DNA of 24,000 bases, taken from positions 8,786 through 32,785 of the forward strand of contig CAMMIW010000006.1 of assembly GCA_946497035.1 (NCBI GenBank), read 5' to 3'. Under the pieces are notes generated by a model, which saw only the letters and a program-made list of their open reading frames with translations, was not told the origin of the DNA and did no database searches. Shown here piece after piece: positions 8,387 to 17,480 of the stretch (within the stretch, counting starts at the first letter, position 1; each line of letters begins with the position of its first letter). Made by a program: the position numbers and the translations under genes. The DNA is from an uncultured Eubacteriaceae bacterium (GTDB lineage: Bacteria > Bacillota > Clostridia > Lachnospirales > CAG-274).

Positions 8387-9373
8387 CTACCTTTTCATTT
8401 TAGGGTCAAAGGCATCTCTTAAACCATCACCAACAAAGTTAAATGCCATTACAAGAAGTAAAATAGCAATACCTGGTGGCAACCATATGTTAATATAGTT
8501 TTGCATAATAACAGAATTATTCACTGCATTAACCATATTACCCCAAGACGCATATGGGAAAGATAAACCAACACCTAAAAAGCTTAAAGCAGACTCTGTT
8601 AATATAACGCTACCTAAATCCATAGTAGCCATAACTATTATTATAGATGTAACATTAGGTATAAGATGCTTTATAATTATTCTAGAAGTTTTAAGTCCAC
8701 AAGCTTTAGCCGCCTGCATATATTCCATCTCTCGTATAGATAAAATTTGCCCTCTTACAAGCCTTGCAACAGACGCCCATTTTAAAGCCCCCATTATAAT
8801 TATAAGAACATATATTTTTTGTTGTGGTGGAACTTTCATACTAGCCATAACACCAGATATCATAAGCATAAGCGGCATAAACGGTATACAATAAAATATA
8901 TCTACGATACGCATTATAACCATATCAACCCATTTGCCATAATAACCTGCTATACCACCAAGGGTAACACCTATTAAAAGCTCCAATAAAACAACACAAA
9001 AACCAAACATTAAAGAAACTCTACCACCATACATAAGGCGTGTAAAAACATCTCTACCATCTGCATCTGTACCTAAAATATGTTCTTTAGATATAGGTGC
9101 TTTAAGATTAATCTCTAAACTTGATTGTTGTTCACTAGTGGAATTTTCACTATTAATACTTACCTCTTTACCATTTGCATCTTTATAAAATATTTCATAT
9201 TCTCCATAAGGAGAAAAAAATGGCCCTATTAAACAAAATACCAATATAAAACCTATTATAGCTAAACCTACTACTGCTAACTTATTTTTTAAAAATCTTT
9301 TCATTATTAAAGCACCAGGAGTCTGTATAGCTAAAACATTATCTTGTTCTTCTCTTTCTTTTAAACCTTCCAT
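8387..9373 (-). CDS. oppC: Oligopeptide ABC transporter permease
   Basis: 328 aa and multi-TM. The BPD-transporter EAA-like region (AAKACGLKTSRIIIKHLIPN) and the HILGTDADGRDVFTRLMYG motif are typical of OppC/DppC. A GGAGG RBS is present. Confidence 0.9.
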   Translation of the reverse strand: MEGLKEREEQDNVLAIQTPGALIMKRFLKNKLAVVGLAIIGFILVFCLIGPFFSPYGEYEIFYKDANGKEVSINSENSTSEQQSSLEINLKAPISKEHILGTDADGRDVFTRLMYGGRVSLMFGFCVVLLELLIGVTLGGIAGYYGKWVDMVIMRIVDIFYCIPFMPLMLMISGVMASMKVPPQQKIYVLIIIMGALKWASVARLVRGQILSIREMEYMQAAKACGLKTSRIIIKHLIPNVTSIIIVMATMDLGSVILTESALSFLGVGLSFPYASWGNMVNAVNNSVIMQNYINIWLPPGIAILLLVMAFNFVGDGLRDAFDPKMKR

Positions 9374-9390
9374 AACAAACCTCCTACTCT

Positions 9391-10359
9391 CTAATTGTAT
9401 CTAACCCTCGGATCAACTACCGCATATAATATATCTGAAATTAAAGTTCCTAAAAGAGTTAAAACCGATAAAAACATAAAATAACCCATTAAGAAAGGTA
9501 TATCCCCTTGGTTAACTGCTTTTATAGCTATGTTACCAAGTCCATCTATAGAAAATAAACCTTCTGTTATAATAGCACCAGCAAATAAGCCCGGTAAGCT
9601 ACCACCTATCATAGTAATAATAGGTATTAATGTATTTCTAAAAGCGTGTTTGCCTATAACAACTCTTTCTGGAACACCTTTTGCACGTGCTGTTCTAACA
9701 TAATCTGCGCTTAAAACCTCTAACATATTGTTTCTTGTATATCTAAGCCACGCTCCCATACTAGTAACAACAAATACTACTATAGGTAATATAAAATGTT
9801 TTCCCATATCTAATATAAGAGCTGTTCCTTCTAAATTTTTACGAGCAGTAACCATACCTTGCAAAGGTAATATACCTAAATCTATTGCAAATATTTTTTG
9901 TAAAACTGCTGCAAAAAAGAATGAAGGTAAAGATATACCCGCAAGAGCCAAAGCAACTATTGTATAATCTATTTTAGAATATTGTTTTGTTGCTGCGATA
10001 GTTCCTAAAGGTAGAGCTAAGGCAATTTGTATAATAAATGCTATAAAGGCTAACCAAAATGATATCCACATTCTATCTTTTATAACTTGTATAACAGGTT
10101 GTTGAAATACAAAAGATGTACCAAAATCTCCTTTTAAGGCAGACATAGCCCAATCAAAATAACCTTCTAAAAGCCCTTTATCAATACCATAAAGTTCTCT
10201 TAATTTTTGTCTCATTTCTTCTGTTATAGAAGGATTGCCAGATGTAACTGTTGTTACAAAATCTCCTGGCATAAAATATATAATTGCATATAATAAAAAT
10301 GAAACACCAACAAGAACAATAAGGCTTATTAAAACTCTTCTTATTATATATTGCTTCAT
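9391..10359 (-). CDS. oppB: Oligopeptide ABC transporter permease
   Basis: MKQYIIRRVL... is the classic OppB/DppB N-terminus, and the EAA motif reads YVRTARAKGVPERVVIGKHAFRN. I moved the start to the ATG at 10359, about 9 nt after AAGGAAAGGA. The ATG at 10368 abuts the RBS. Confidence 0.9.
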   Translation of the reverse strand: MKQYIIRRVLISLIVLVGVSFLLYAIIYFMPGDFVTTVTSGNPSITEEMRQKLRELYGIDKGLLEGYFDWAMSALKGDFGTSFVFQQPVIQVIKDRMWISFWLAFIAFIIQIALALPLGTIAATKQYSKIDYTIVALALAGISLPSFFFAAVLQKIFAIDLGILPLQGMVTARKNLEGTALILDMGKHFILPIVVFVVTSMGAWLRYTRNNMLEVLSADYVRTARAKGVPERVVIGKHAFRNTLIPIITMIGGSLPGLFAGAIITEGLFSIDGLGNIAIKAVNQGDIPFLMGYFMFLSVLTLLGTLISDILYAVVDPRVRYN

Positions 10360-10596
10360 TAAAAACATTCCTTTCCTTAATATTTTAAATAGGTTTATAC
10401 CAAAATATTAAAATTTTTTAAATTTTAAGACGCTTTTGAAAACTAAAAATAATTTAATTCTATATCTAACTATTACATTAAACTAATAATCTAAAAGAAA
10501 AATTTTAAGATAGCTTTAAAAAACGCCTTATAATAAGGGTATTATAAACCTTTCATTCTCTATTAAACCAAATAATAAAAATAATTATATTTAATG

Positions 10597-10628
10597 AATA
10601 AGCCTTATTTTATAAAATAAGGCTTATT
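10597..10628 (-). terminator. Palindromic hairpin right after the oppA stop (intra-operon attenuator/terminator candidate)
   Basis: AATAAGCCTTATTTTA (10597-10612) and TAAAATAAGGCTTATT (10613-10628) form a perfect 32-nt palindrome starting 9 nt after the oppA stop codon. The U-tract is weak. Confidence 0.5.
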
Positions 10629-10636
10629 GTAAAAAA

Positions 10637-12355
10637 TTATTTCATTTCAATAGCATAATATTCATCTCTAAATGTATGATATGGAGAATCTGATCTATAA
10701 ACAGTATCTATTTTTACATTTTCACTAAATATATTAAGATTTTTTCTTTGATAAACTGGCATAACTACTGCATTTTCCATAATTAAATCAAGCTCTTTTG
10801 CCACAAGCTCTTTTCTTTTTTCTAAATCTAAAGTAACAGCAACCTCTTCTATAAGCTTATCTACCTCAGGGTTTTTTAAATTATATCTATTAGAACCTGC
10901 ACCATCTGCTGAAGAGCTATGGAATATTTGAGTTAAATCACAGTTATTAGAATTACCCCAAGCAAGAGCAAACATATCTAAATCTCCGCTATTCATCCTA
11001 TCTGAAAGAACATTAAACTGTAAATCTGATACGATAAGCTCTGCACCCATTTCTTCCATGTCTATTTTCATTTGTGAAAAAATACCTGCTGTAGGGTGAG
11101 ATTTTAAATCGCCTACACCAACTTCAACTTTAAGCTGGTTACCATTTTCATCTACAAGTTTACCATTTGCATCTTTTTTATAACCTGCAGCTGTAAAATA
11201 TTCTAAAGCTTTAGCTTTATCATATGGATAATAAGGTTCTGCATCTTGTGGATATTCTGGTAAAGTGCTAGTCATAGGTCTTTCTAAAACTTCTGCTAAA
11301 TCTCCATAATAAGATTTAATAGCTGGTTCTCTATTCATAAGATGCATTAAACCTTTTCTTACATTTATATCTGATATACGGTTAGCATCTATACCTATAT
11401 ATCCATAACCATTGTTATCTGTTAAGTTATATTCTATTCCTTCTGCTTCAAGTCTTGCCATAGTTTCTTTACTTGCTGAAGGATCTGATATATCAATTTC
11501 ACCTTTAGCTACAACATCAACCTTATTAGCTTCTGCTACAACTTGAAATTTTAAATTAGGTGTTTTTGGTGCTCCTTTAAAATAATTATTATTAGCCTCT
11601 AAAGTAACTATATTATTATCATAGCTTTTAAATACATAAGGACCACTACCCATAGGTAACGTATTTCTAGATTTTAATACTGTCATATCACCTTTTTTAT
11701 ATTCTGTGCCATCCTCTGCTACACCATAATAATGCTTAGGTAATATTGGTTGTTGTGCAAGAAGCTTATCTCCTATAATATTTACACCATCAACTGTTAT
11801 TGTTGCTGTTAAATCGTCAACCTTTTTTATACCAGAAATTTCTGTAACAGCGTCGCCACCTTCTTTATATTCTTTTAAACCTTGTATATTTAAAGTTGAA
11901 AGAGTGCTCATACCATCATAGGCAGGGTCTAACTGTGCATATAGAGTGAATATATAGTCATCTATCGTAACAGGTTTTCCATCTGAAAATGTCATACCTT
12001 CTTTTAATTTTACTGTATATTCAACTTGAGTAGTATTACCTGTATCATCCTTTATCTCTTTAGTAGATATGTTACCTGCATCATCTATGAGATTATTGTC
12101 ATCATCTAAAATAGAAACAGATGAAAAAACAGGACCAAATATATAACTATCAAAAGCCGTTGTATAAAATAACGGATTAAATATACCATTAAGCTCATTT
12201 ACACTTACTACTAATGTATCAAATTCTGAGTTTGATTCTGTTTGTGATTGCTCTGTAGCATTTGCATCTCCCGTATTGCCACTAGAACCACAAGCTGCCA
12301 ACGATATAGTCATTGTTCCTATAAGTGCCATTGCTAAAAATTTTTTAAATTTCAT
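10637..12355 (-). CDS. oppA: Peptide ABC transporter substrate-binding lipoprotein (family 5 SBP)
   Basis: It has a signal peptide plus lipobox, MKFKKFLAMALIGTMTISLAAC-GSSGN, and its size and composition are typical of OppA/DppA-type SBPs. I moved the start to the ATG at 12355, 8 nt after GAGGAGGA. The ORF track starts at a TTG at 12361. Confidence 0.9.
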   Translation of the reverse strand: MKFKKFLAMALIGTMTISLAACGSSGNTGDANATEQSQTESNSEFDTLVVSVNELNGIFNPLFYTTAFDSYIFGPVFSSVSILDDDNNLIDDAGNISTKEIKDDTGNTTQVEYTVKLKEGMTFSDGKPVTIDDYIFTLYAQLDPAYDGMSTLSTLNIQGLKEYKEGGDAVTEISGIKKVDDLTATITVDGVNIIGDKLLAQQPILPKHYYGVAEDGTEYKKGDMTVLKSRNTLPMGSGPYVFKSYDNNIVTLEANNNYFKGAPKTPNLKFQVVAEANKVDVVAKGEIDISDPSASKETMARLEAEGIEYNLTDNNGYGYIGIDANRISDINVRKGLMHLMNREPAIKSYYGDLAEVLERPMTSTLPEYPQDAEPYYPYDKAKALEYFTAAGYKKDANGKLVDENGNQLKVEVGVGDLKSHPTAGIFSQMKIDMEEMGAELIVSDLQFNVLSDRMNSGDLDMFALAWGNSNNCDLTQIFHSSSADGAGSNRYNLKNPEVDKLIEEVAVTLDLEKRKELVAKELDLIMENAVVMPVYQRKNLNIFSENVKIDTVYRSDSPYHTFRDEYYAIEMK

Positions 12356-12481
12356 TTGCAAATCCTCCTCGCCTATAAAAAAATACTAATATTATATATA
12401 TACAATAAAACTAATATATATACATTTTGTTTTTTCTGATATAAATAACATTTTTTATTTTCTTATTATTAATATGTGTAG

Positions 12482-12510
12482 ATTATATAAGCAAAACAAA
12501 AAAATGTCAA
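12482..12510 (-). promoter_or_regulatory. Consensus sigma-A promoter of the opp operon
   Basis: On the minus strand: TTGACA (12510-12505), exactly 17 nt (TTTTTTTGTTTTGCTTA), then TATAAT (12487-12482). This predicts a leader of roughly 110-115 nt before the oppA ATG. Confidence 0.65.
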
Positions 12511-12823
12511 TTAAAACTATAATTTTTCCACTAAGTTTTAATTAACATTTTTAATAATTTTATATAAAAATATCTATTTTTATTGTAAATTTTTACTTTT
12601 TATATTTAACATTTTATAAATAGTATATACTTTATCTATATTATAAAAATTTTTATTATACTATTTTTCATTATATTTACCTAAAAATTTATATATTTGC
12701 AATTTTTTTAAAAAAAGTTGCTTTTTAATAAAATTTAATTTAAAAATAAAATTAAATCTATATAAAATAATGTAGGTTGTATCTTATATAAAATTAATTT
12801 TATACATTATTAATACCATTTTA

Positions 12824-12838
12824 ATTTTTCAGAAAATT
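12824..12838. promoter_or_regulatory. CodY-box-like palindrome
   Basis: ATTTTTCAGAAAATT matches the published Firmicute CodY consensus AATTTTCWGAAAATT at 14 of 15 positions. It lies in the yhbY-oppA intergenic region. Confidence 0.4.
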
Positions 12839-12879
12839 CTAAAAAATGAAACTTGCTATTTTTTTTACTTCTTTTTATA

Positions 12880-13173
12880 TTATTTAGGTAATTGTATTGT
12901 TGGTTTTTCTTTTGATTTTCTATATATAACTATTTTTTTACCTATTATTTGAACAATATCTGATTTTGTTCTCTCGCTAATGGCAGATGCTATATATTTT
13001 ATATCTTCCATACAATTGTTAAGCACATTACATTTTATTAGCTCTCTATTTTCTAAAGCTTCGTCTATAGCTTGTATAATTTCTGGGCTTGCCCCACCTT
13101 TTCCTATTTGAAAAATTGGATCCATCTTATTAGATAAACCTCTTAAATATGCTCTTTGTTTGCTGTTTAACAT
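12880..13173 (-). CDS. yhbY: YhbY/CRS1-family RNA-binding protein (ribosome assembly)
   Basis: 97 aa. KQRAYLRGLSNKMDPIFQIGKGGASPEIIQAIDEALENRELIKCNV is the YhbY signature. It lies 21 nt downstream of obg and has an AAAGGA RBS. Confidence 0.85.
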   Translation of the reverse strand: MLNSKQRAYLRGLSNKMDPIFQIGKGGASPEIIQAIDEALENRELIKCNVLNNCMEDIKYIASAISERTKSDIVQIIGKKIVIYRKSKEKPTIQLPK

Positions 13174-13194
13174 AATTTTATCCTTTCTATATTA

Positions 13195-14475
<1,281 letters not shown>

Positions 14476-14518
14476 TTACCTCCTATATACAAATTTTAAC
14501 CTATTTAACACCTAATAG

Positions 14519-14547
14519 ATTATAGCATATAAATATTTAAAATTCAA
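14519..14547 (-). promoter_or_regulatory. Putative sigma-A promoter of obg-yhbY
   Basis: On the minus strand: TTGAAT (14547-14542), a 17-nt spacer ending in TGC, then TATAAT (14524-14519), giving an extended -10 (TGcTATAAT). It lies about 45 nt upstream of the obg ATG. Confidence 0.55.
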
Positions 14548-14610
14548 TTATTTTATATGTTTATTATTGTTGCTATTTATATAACAAAATCAATTTTTTT
14601 TAATAATATT

Positions 14611-14618
14611 TGTATAAT
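14611..14618 (+). promoter_or_regulatory. Extended -10 element (TGTATAAT) upstream of the flagellin gene
   Basis: TGnTATAAT lies about 58 nt upstream of the flagellin ATG. The -35 is poor (TCAATT). I found no TAAA-N15-GCCGATAT sigma-D type element in 14473-14675. Confidence 0.4.
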
Positions 14619-14675
14619 ATTATTATTGAAAAATATAGCAAAAAGATGCATAATTATTGTAAAGGAGGTATGATT

Positions 14676-15491
14676 ATGAAAATATTAAATCAACTATCAA
14701 ACCAAAACCAAAAGACAAACTCTTATTCTAATAATTTACATAAGATAGAAAAACAACAAAAAAAAAACAATGAACGTTTATCTTCTGGTAAAAAAATAAA
14801 TAAAGCTGGTGATGATGCAGCTGGCATTGCTATTGCGCAAAAAATGGAAGATCTTATTAATGGCATAGGTAAAGGCATTAATAACACTTATGATATGAAA
14901 AATGCATTAAAAACAGCTGATGGATCTTTAAATAATATTAACGATAGCCTAAATAGAGTAAGAGAGCTTAGCTTACAAGCTTCTAGTGGTATTTTAAATG
15001 ATGATGATAAAAAACTAATACAAGAAGAAGTAAGCCAAACATTAGCAGGCATTAACGATATGGCCAATAATACTCAATTTAACGGGCAAAATCTTTTAGA
15101 TGGTAGCTTTACTAATAAAAGCGTAGCTATGAACCCAGATGGCTCTGGCACAACAATATCTATAGGAGAAGTTAGCTCAGATGCTTTAGGTTTAGGTAAT
15201 TTTAGTGTTTTACAAGATAAAATAGACTTAAATGCTATTGATAAAGCTATAGATAGTGTATCTACTGCAAGAGTTCAAATTGGAGCACAAATAAACAGAT
15301 TTGATTATGCTATTGGCTCTAATTCAAATGCTGCTTTAAATACAATATCTTCAAAAAGTAAAATAGAAGATGCAGATATTGCTAAAGAAACTATTAATAG
15401 ACAAACAAACAAAGCTTTATCACAATATGGTATATTTGCTGAAAAAAATAGACAACAAACTCAATATAATATGCTAAATATTCTATTTTAA
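14676..15491 (+). CDS. fliC: Flagellin (short, divergent termini)
   Basis: It has the N-terminal D1 signature ERLSSGKKINKAGDDAAGIAIAQKM, then NALKTADGSLNNINDSLNRVRELSLQASSG, and the C-terminal ARVQIGAQINRFDYAI...IEDADIAKE. I set the start at the ATG at 14676, 7 nt after AGGAGG (14663-14668). The upstream part of the tracked ORF (14610-14675) overlaps the promoter and is not coding. Confidence 0.85.
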   Translation: MKILNQLSNQNQKTNSYSNNLHKIEKQQKKNNERLSSGKKINKAGDDAAGIAIAQKMEDLINGIGKGINNTYDMKNALKTADGSLNNINDSLNRVRELSLQASSGILNDDDKKLIQEEVSQTLAGINDMANNTQFNGQNLLDGSFTNKSVAMNPDGSGTTISIGEVSSDALGLGNFSVLQDKIDLNAIDKAIDSVSTARVQIGAQINRFDYAIGSNSNAALNTISSKSKIEDADIAKETINRQTNKALSQYGIFAEKNRQQTQYNMLNILF

Positions 15492-15503
15492 TTAAGATTT
15501 AAT

Positions 15504-15529
15504 AAGCTGTAGATTTTTCTACAGCTTTT
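15504..15529 (+). terminator. Rho-independent terminator of the flagellin gene
   Basis: AAGCTGTAGA (15504-15513) pairs with TCTACAGCTT (15518-15527) across a TTTT loop, followed by TT. Confidence 0.75.
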
Positions 15530-15612
15530 CTACGATCTTAAAAGATCCATATATAGTCTTATTAATAAGGGCAACACTTAAATAACTTAAAAATAGCCTA
15601 AATAACCACATC

Positions 15613-15639
15613 AAAAAGACTATAGAAAAATCTATAGCC
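15613..15639 (-). terminator. Rho-independent terminator of mecA
   Basis: On the minus strand: GGCTATAGA-TTTT-TCTATAGTC (one mismatch) followed by TTTTT, starting 11 nt after the mecA stop. Confidence 0.6.
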
Positions 15640-15650
15640 ATAAATAAAAA

Positions 15651-16292
15651 TTAAATTGTAGATAAAATAGACAAAGCATTATTTTTTATAATAACTTCTC
15701 CATGTTCATCTAAATAATATTTTGATATAATATTAGATATATGTTTTTGTCCATATTCAGAAACAACAGAATCTAAGCTAGTTACAAAAGTATCATTTTT
15801 TTGCATAGATAAAAAGTATCTGTCCTGATATTTATACAATATGTTATTACCTTCATAGCTCTCATTTAATCTTTCAGATAGACTAATAATATCATCTAAA
15901 GTTTTAAAAGAATAAATATAAATCTCTTCATCATCTTCAATAAAAATATCTTGGTTTTCATCAAAAGTTTTTATAGTACTTTGTTTATATTTTCTATCTT
16001 CTAGGCTTTTAGGCGTTAAAGATATAACTCTATCTATATCCATATCTTTATTAACTTTAGATACAATTATCATAACTGTATCCATAGTAACAGGCATAGC
16101 CTCTATCATAAGAGGTGTATTAGTAGCATCAAAGCCACAATCTAACATAGCTTCTGTCATTATATCTCTAAAAAAGGCTTGGGCTTTTTCAGATCCTTGA
16201 GCAAGTTCCGATAGCTTAATTTCTCTTTCTTGTAAATCTTCATTTGTAAGCAAAAATTTTATTTGATTTTCATTTATTTTTTCTATTTTCAC
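15651..16292 (-). CDS. mecA: Adaptor protein MecA (ClpC/ClpCP adaptor)
   Basis: 213 aa with a GTG start 7 nt after AAGGAAG. MKIEKINENQIKFLLTNEDLQEREIKLSEL...FFRDIMTEAM...PLMIEAMPV...MIIVSKV and the C-terminal ..YKYQDRYFL...SVVSEYGQK....YLDEHGEVIIKNNAL parallel B. subtilis MecA along the whole length, by recollection of that sequence. Confidence 0.8.
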   Translation of the reverse strand: MKIEKINENQIKFLLTNEDLQEREIKLSELAQGSEKAQAFFRDIMTEAMLDCGFDATNTPLMIEAMPVTMDTVMIIVSKVNKDMDIDRVISLTPKSLEDRKYKQSTIKTFDENQDIFIEDDEEIYIYSFKTLDDIISLSERLNESYEGNNILYKYQDRYFLSMQKNDTFVTSLDSVVSEYGQKHISNIISKYYLDEHGEVIIKNNALSILSTI

Positions 16293-16346
16293 TAAATCAC
16301 TTCCTTATTTTTAATAGTGAGAATTTAATTTAAAATATATAAATAT

Positions 16347-16375
16347 AGTATACATAATATTTTGCACATTGTAAA
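16347..16375 (-). promoter_or_regulatory. Putative sigma-A promoter of mecA
   Basis: On the minus strand: TTTACA (16375-16370), a 17-nt spacer ending in TG, then TATACT (16352-16347), about 55 nt upstream of the mecA GTG. Confidence 0.5.
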
Positions 16376-16395
16376 GAGGTATAATATACCTAGTT

Positions 16396-16671
16396 TTATT
16401 GGCTTGATAGTTCAAAAGGCTTTTCTGTTGTTATTTCTAAATTAGGCTTAGATGATAGCTCTAGCTTTTTATCAATATTTTGAGAGGTAGTCTGTCCAGT
16501 TGGTTCAATATTTGGTAACTGCTCTGTTTCTAACATAGTGGTAGAAGAAATATCTATGCTATCATTAAAGCTATTATCTAAGCTTAAAATATTATATGAA
16601 AAAAGTGCAACGATAGAAGTTATTACTAGGCCTGTGCCCAAACCCATTAAAAAAATACTTTTTTCTTTCAT
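16396..16671 (-). CDS. Hypothetical single-pass membrane protein (orf91), last gene of the flagellar operon
   Basis: Its ATG overlaps the orf158 stop (ATGA, 16668-16671). It has one TM helix (IFLMGLGTGLVITSIVALFSY) followed by a Ser/Thr/Glu/Asn-rich tail. I recognise no family. Confidence 0.5.
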   Translation of the reverse strand: MKEKSIFLMGLGTGLVITSIVALFSYNILSLDNSFNDSIDISSTTMLETEQLPNIEPTGQTTSQNIDKKLELSSKPNLEITTEKPFELSSQ

Positions 16672-17144
16672 AAACTATCCTCTCCAAATTTAATTATTAG
16701 TTCTACCTCACCTTTACCGATATTTAAAGTCTTTGCTATATCTGATATAGACATATTTTGTTTATGAAGCTCTTTTATCTCATTTACCATAGGGTGGTTA
16801 CTAATATATTTCTTTTTAGGTTTATTATTAGGTAGAGAATCTCCATCTATTTTTATATCTACATTACTACCAGATATAGCCTTTTTCTTTTCTATTGTTT
16901 CATATAAAAATAAAAGTTGTCTTTGTTTTTCATCAAATCTTTTGAATATTTGTTCAGACATTAAGTTTAAATCATCTATAGCTAAATCTGCTTGATCGAT
17001 AGTATCTTTCATCTCTTTAATATAATTATCCACATTCGATATAGGTGTAGAATTACTATATTTATTAAGTTTTACAATAGATATAATAATAATTATAAAA
17101 CCTAAAATCATTAAAAATATAAAAATCAAGTTAAATAAATCCAT
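16668..17144 (-). CDS. Hypothetical bitopic membrane protein with C-terminal HTH-like motif (orf158), SwrB-like in position and topology
   Basis: A GAAGGAAAG RBS is present. It has an N-terminal TM helix (LFNLIFIFLMILGFIIIIISIV), a charged coiled-coil-like middle, and a C-terminal MSISDIAKTLNIGKGEVELIIKF. It lies downstream of sigD, like B. subtilis swrB. The sequence relationship is not verified. Confidence 0.5.
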   Translation of the reverse strand: MDLFNLIFIFLMILGFIIIIISIVKLNKYSNSTPISNVDNYIKEMKDTIDQADLAIDDLNLMSEQIFKRFDEKQRQLLFLYETIEKKKAISGSNVDIKIDGDSLPNNKPKKKYISNHPMVNEIKELHKQNMSISDIAKTLNIGKGEVELIIKFGEDSL

Positions 17145-17158
17145 ATAATACTTTCCTT

Positions 17159-17464
17159 CTATATACTTATATCTAAAAAGCTCAAACTATTAGTTTTTTT
17201 ACTTTTTTCTTCTTTATTATTTATGTTTTTATTTTTTTGCTGTTTTTTATAATGGCTACTGTTACCTTTACCATCTTTATTAATATTTTGTTCTTCAGAT
17301 TTGTTAGTTTCTATAGTTTTTCTGTTTTCTGTTTCTATATTTTTTTTAAGATGCTCAGAAAACATAAGATTCTGATCCATATTTTTTTGATCAAAATCTT
17401 CTCCTCTATTAAGTTGAGAAGATTTGTTTATAAACATTTGAACATCAACAGGTCTTATATCCAT
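17159..17464 (-). CDS. Hypothetical Lys/Asn/Glu-rich, probably disordered protein (orf101)
   Basis: I set the start at the ATG at 17464 (MDIRPVDVQMF...), 6 nt after GAGGTG. This removes the overlap with the DUF342 gene. It has a low-complexity basic C-terminal half (HYKKQQKNKNINNKEEKSKK). I recognise no family. Confidence 0.5.
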   Translation of the reverse strand: MDIRPVDVQMFINKSSQLNRGEDFDQKNMDQNLMFSEHLKKNIETENRKTIETNKSEEQNINKDGKGNSSHYKKQQKNKNINNKEEKSKKTNSLSFLDISI

Positions 17465-17480
17465 TATAAACACCTCTATT

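Noticed and set aside
12699-12721. GCAATTTTTTTAAAAAAAGTTGC palindrome followed by TTTTT, terminator-like on the + strand
   Set aside because: The stem is almost entirely A/T with a bulge, and no + strand gene lies upstream to terminate. It is probably just part of the A/T-tract-rich spacer.
12846-12887. 13-codon ORF (MKLAIFFTSFYII) on the + strand near the yhbY stop
   Set aside because: It has no RBS, overlaps the yhbY 3' end antisense, and is of trivial length in AT-rich sequence.
14610-14675. N-terminal extension of the flagellin ORF (MYNIIIEKYSKKMHNYCKGGMI)
   Set aside because: The strong AGGAGG RBS is positioned for the ATG at 14676. The upstream part overlaps the predicted -10 element and leader, and has no flagellin-like sequence.
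14625-14675. Possible CsrA-binding leader upstream of flagellin, as in B. subtilis hag
   Set aside because: Only one GGA motif is present, the Shine-Dalgarno itself. I see no second A(N)GGA site in a hairpin loop, so the dual-site architecture is not supported.
16717-16723. CCGATAT, the sigma-D -10 core, on the + strand inside orf158
   Set aside because: There is no TAAA -35 element at the required 15-16 nt spacing. It is antisense to the operon, and the bases are explained by codons for the conserved NIGKGE motif on the minus strand.
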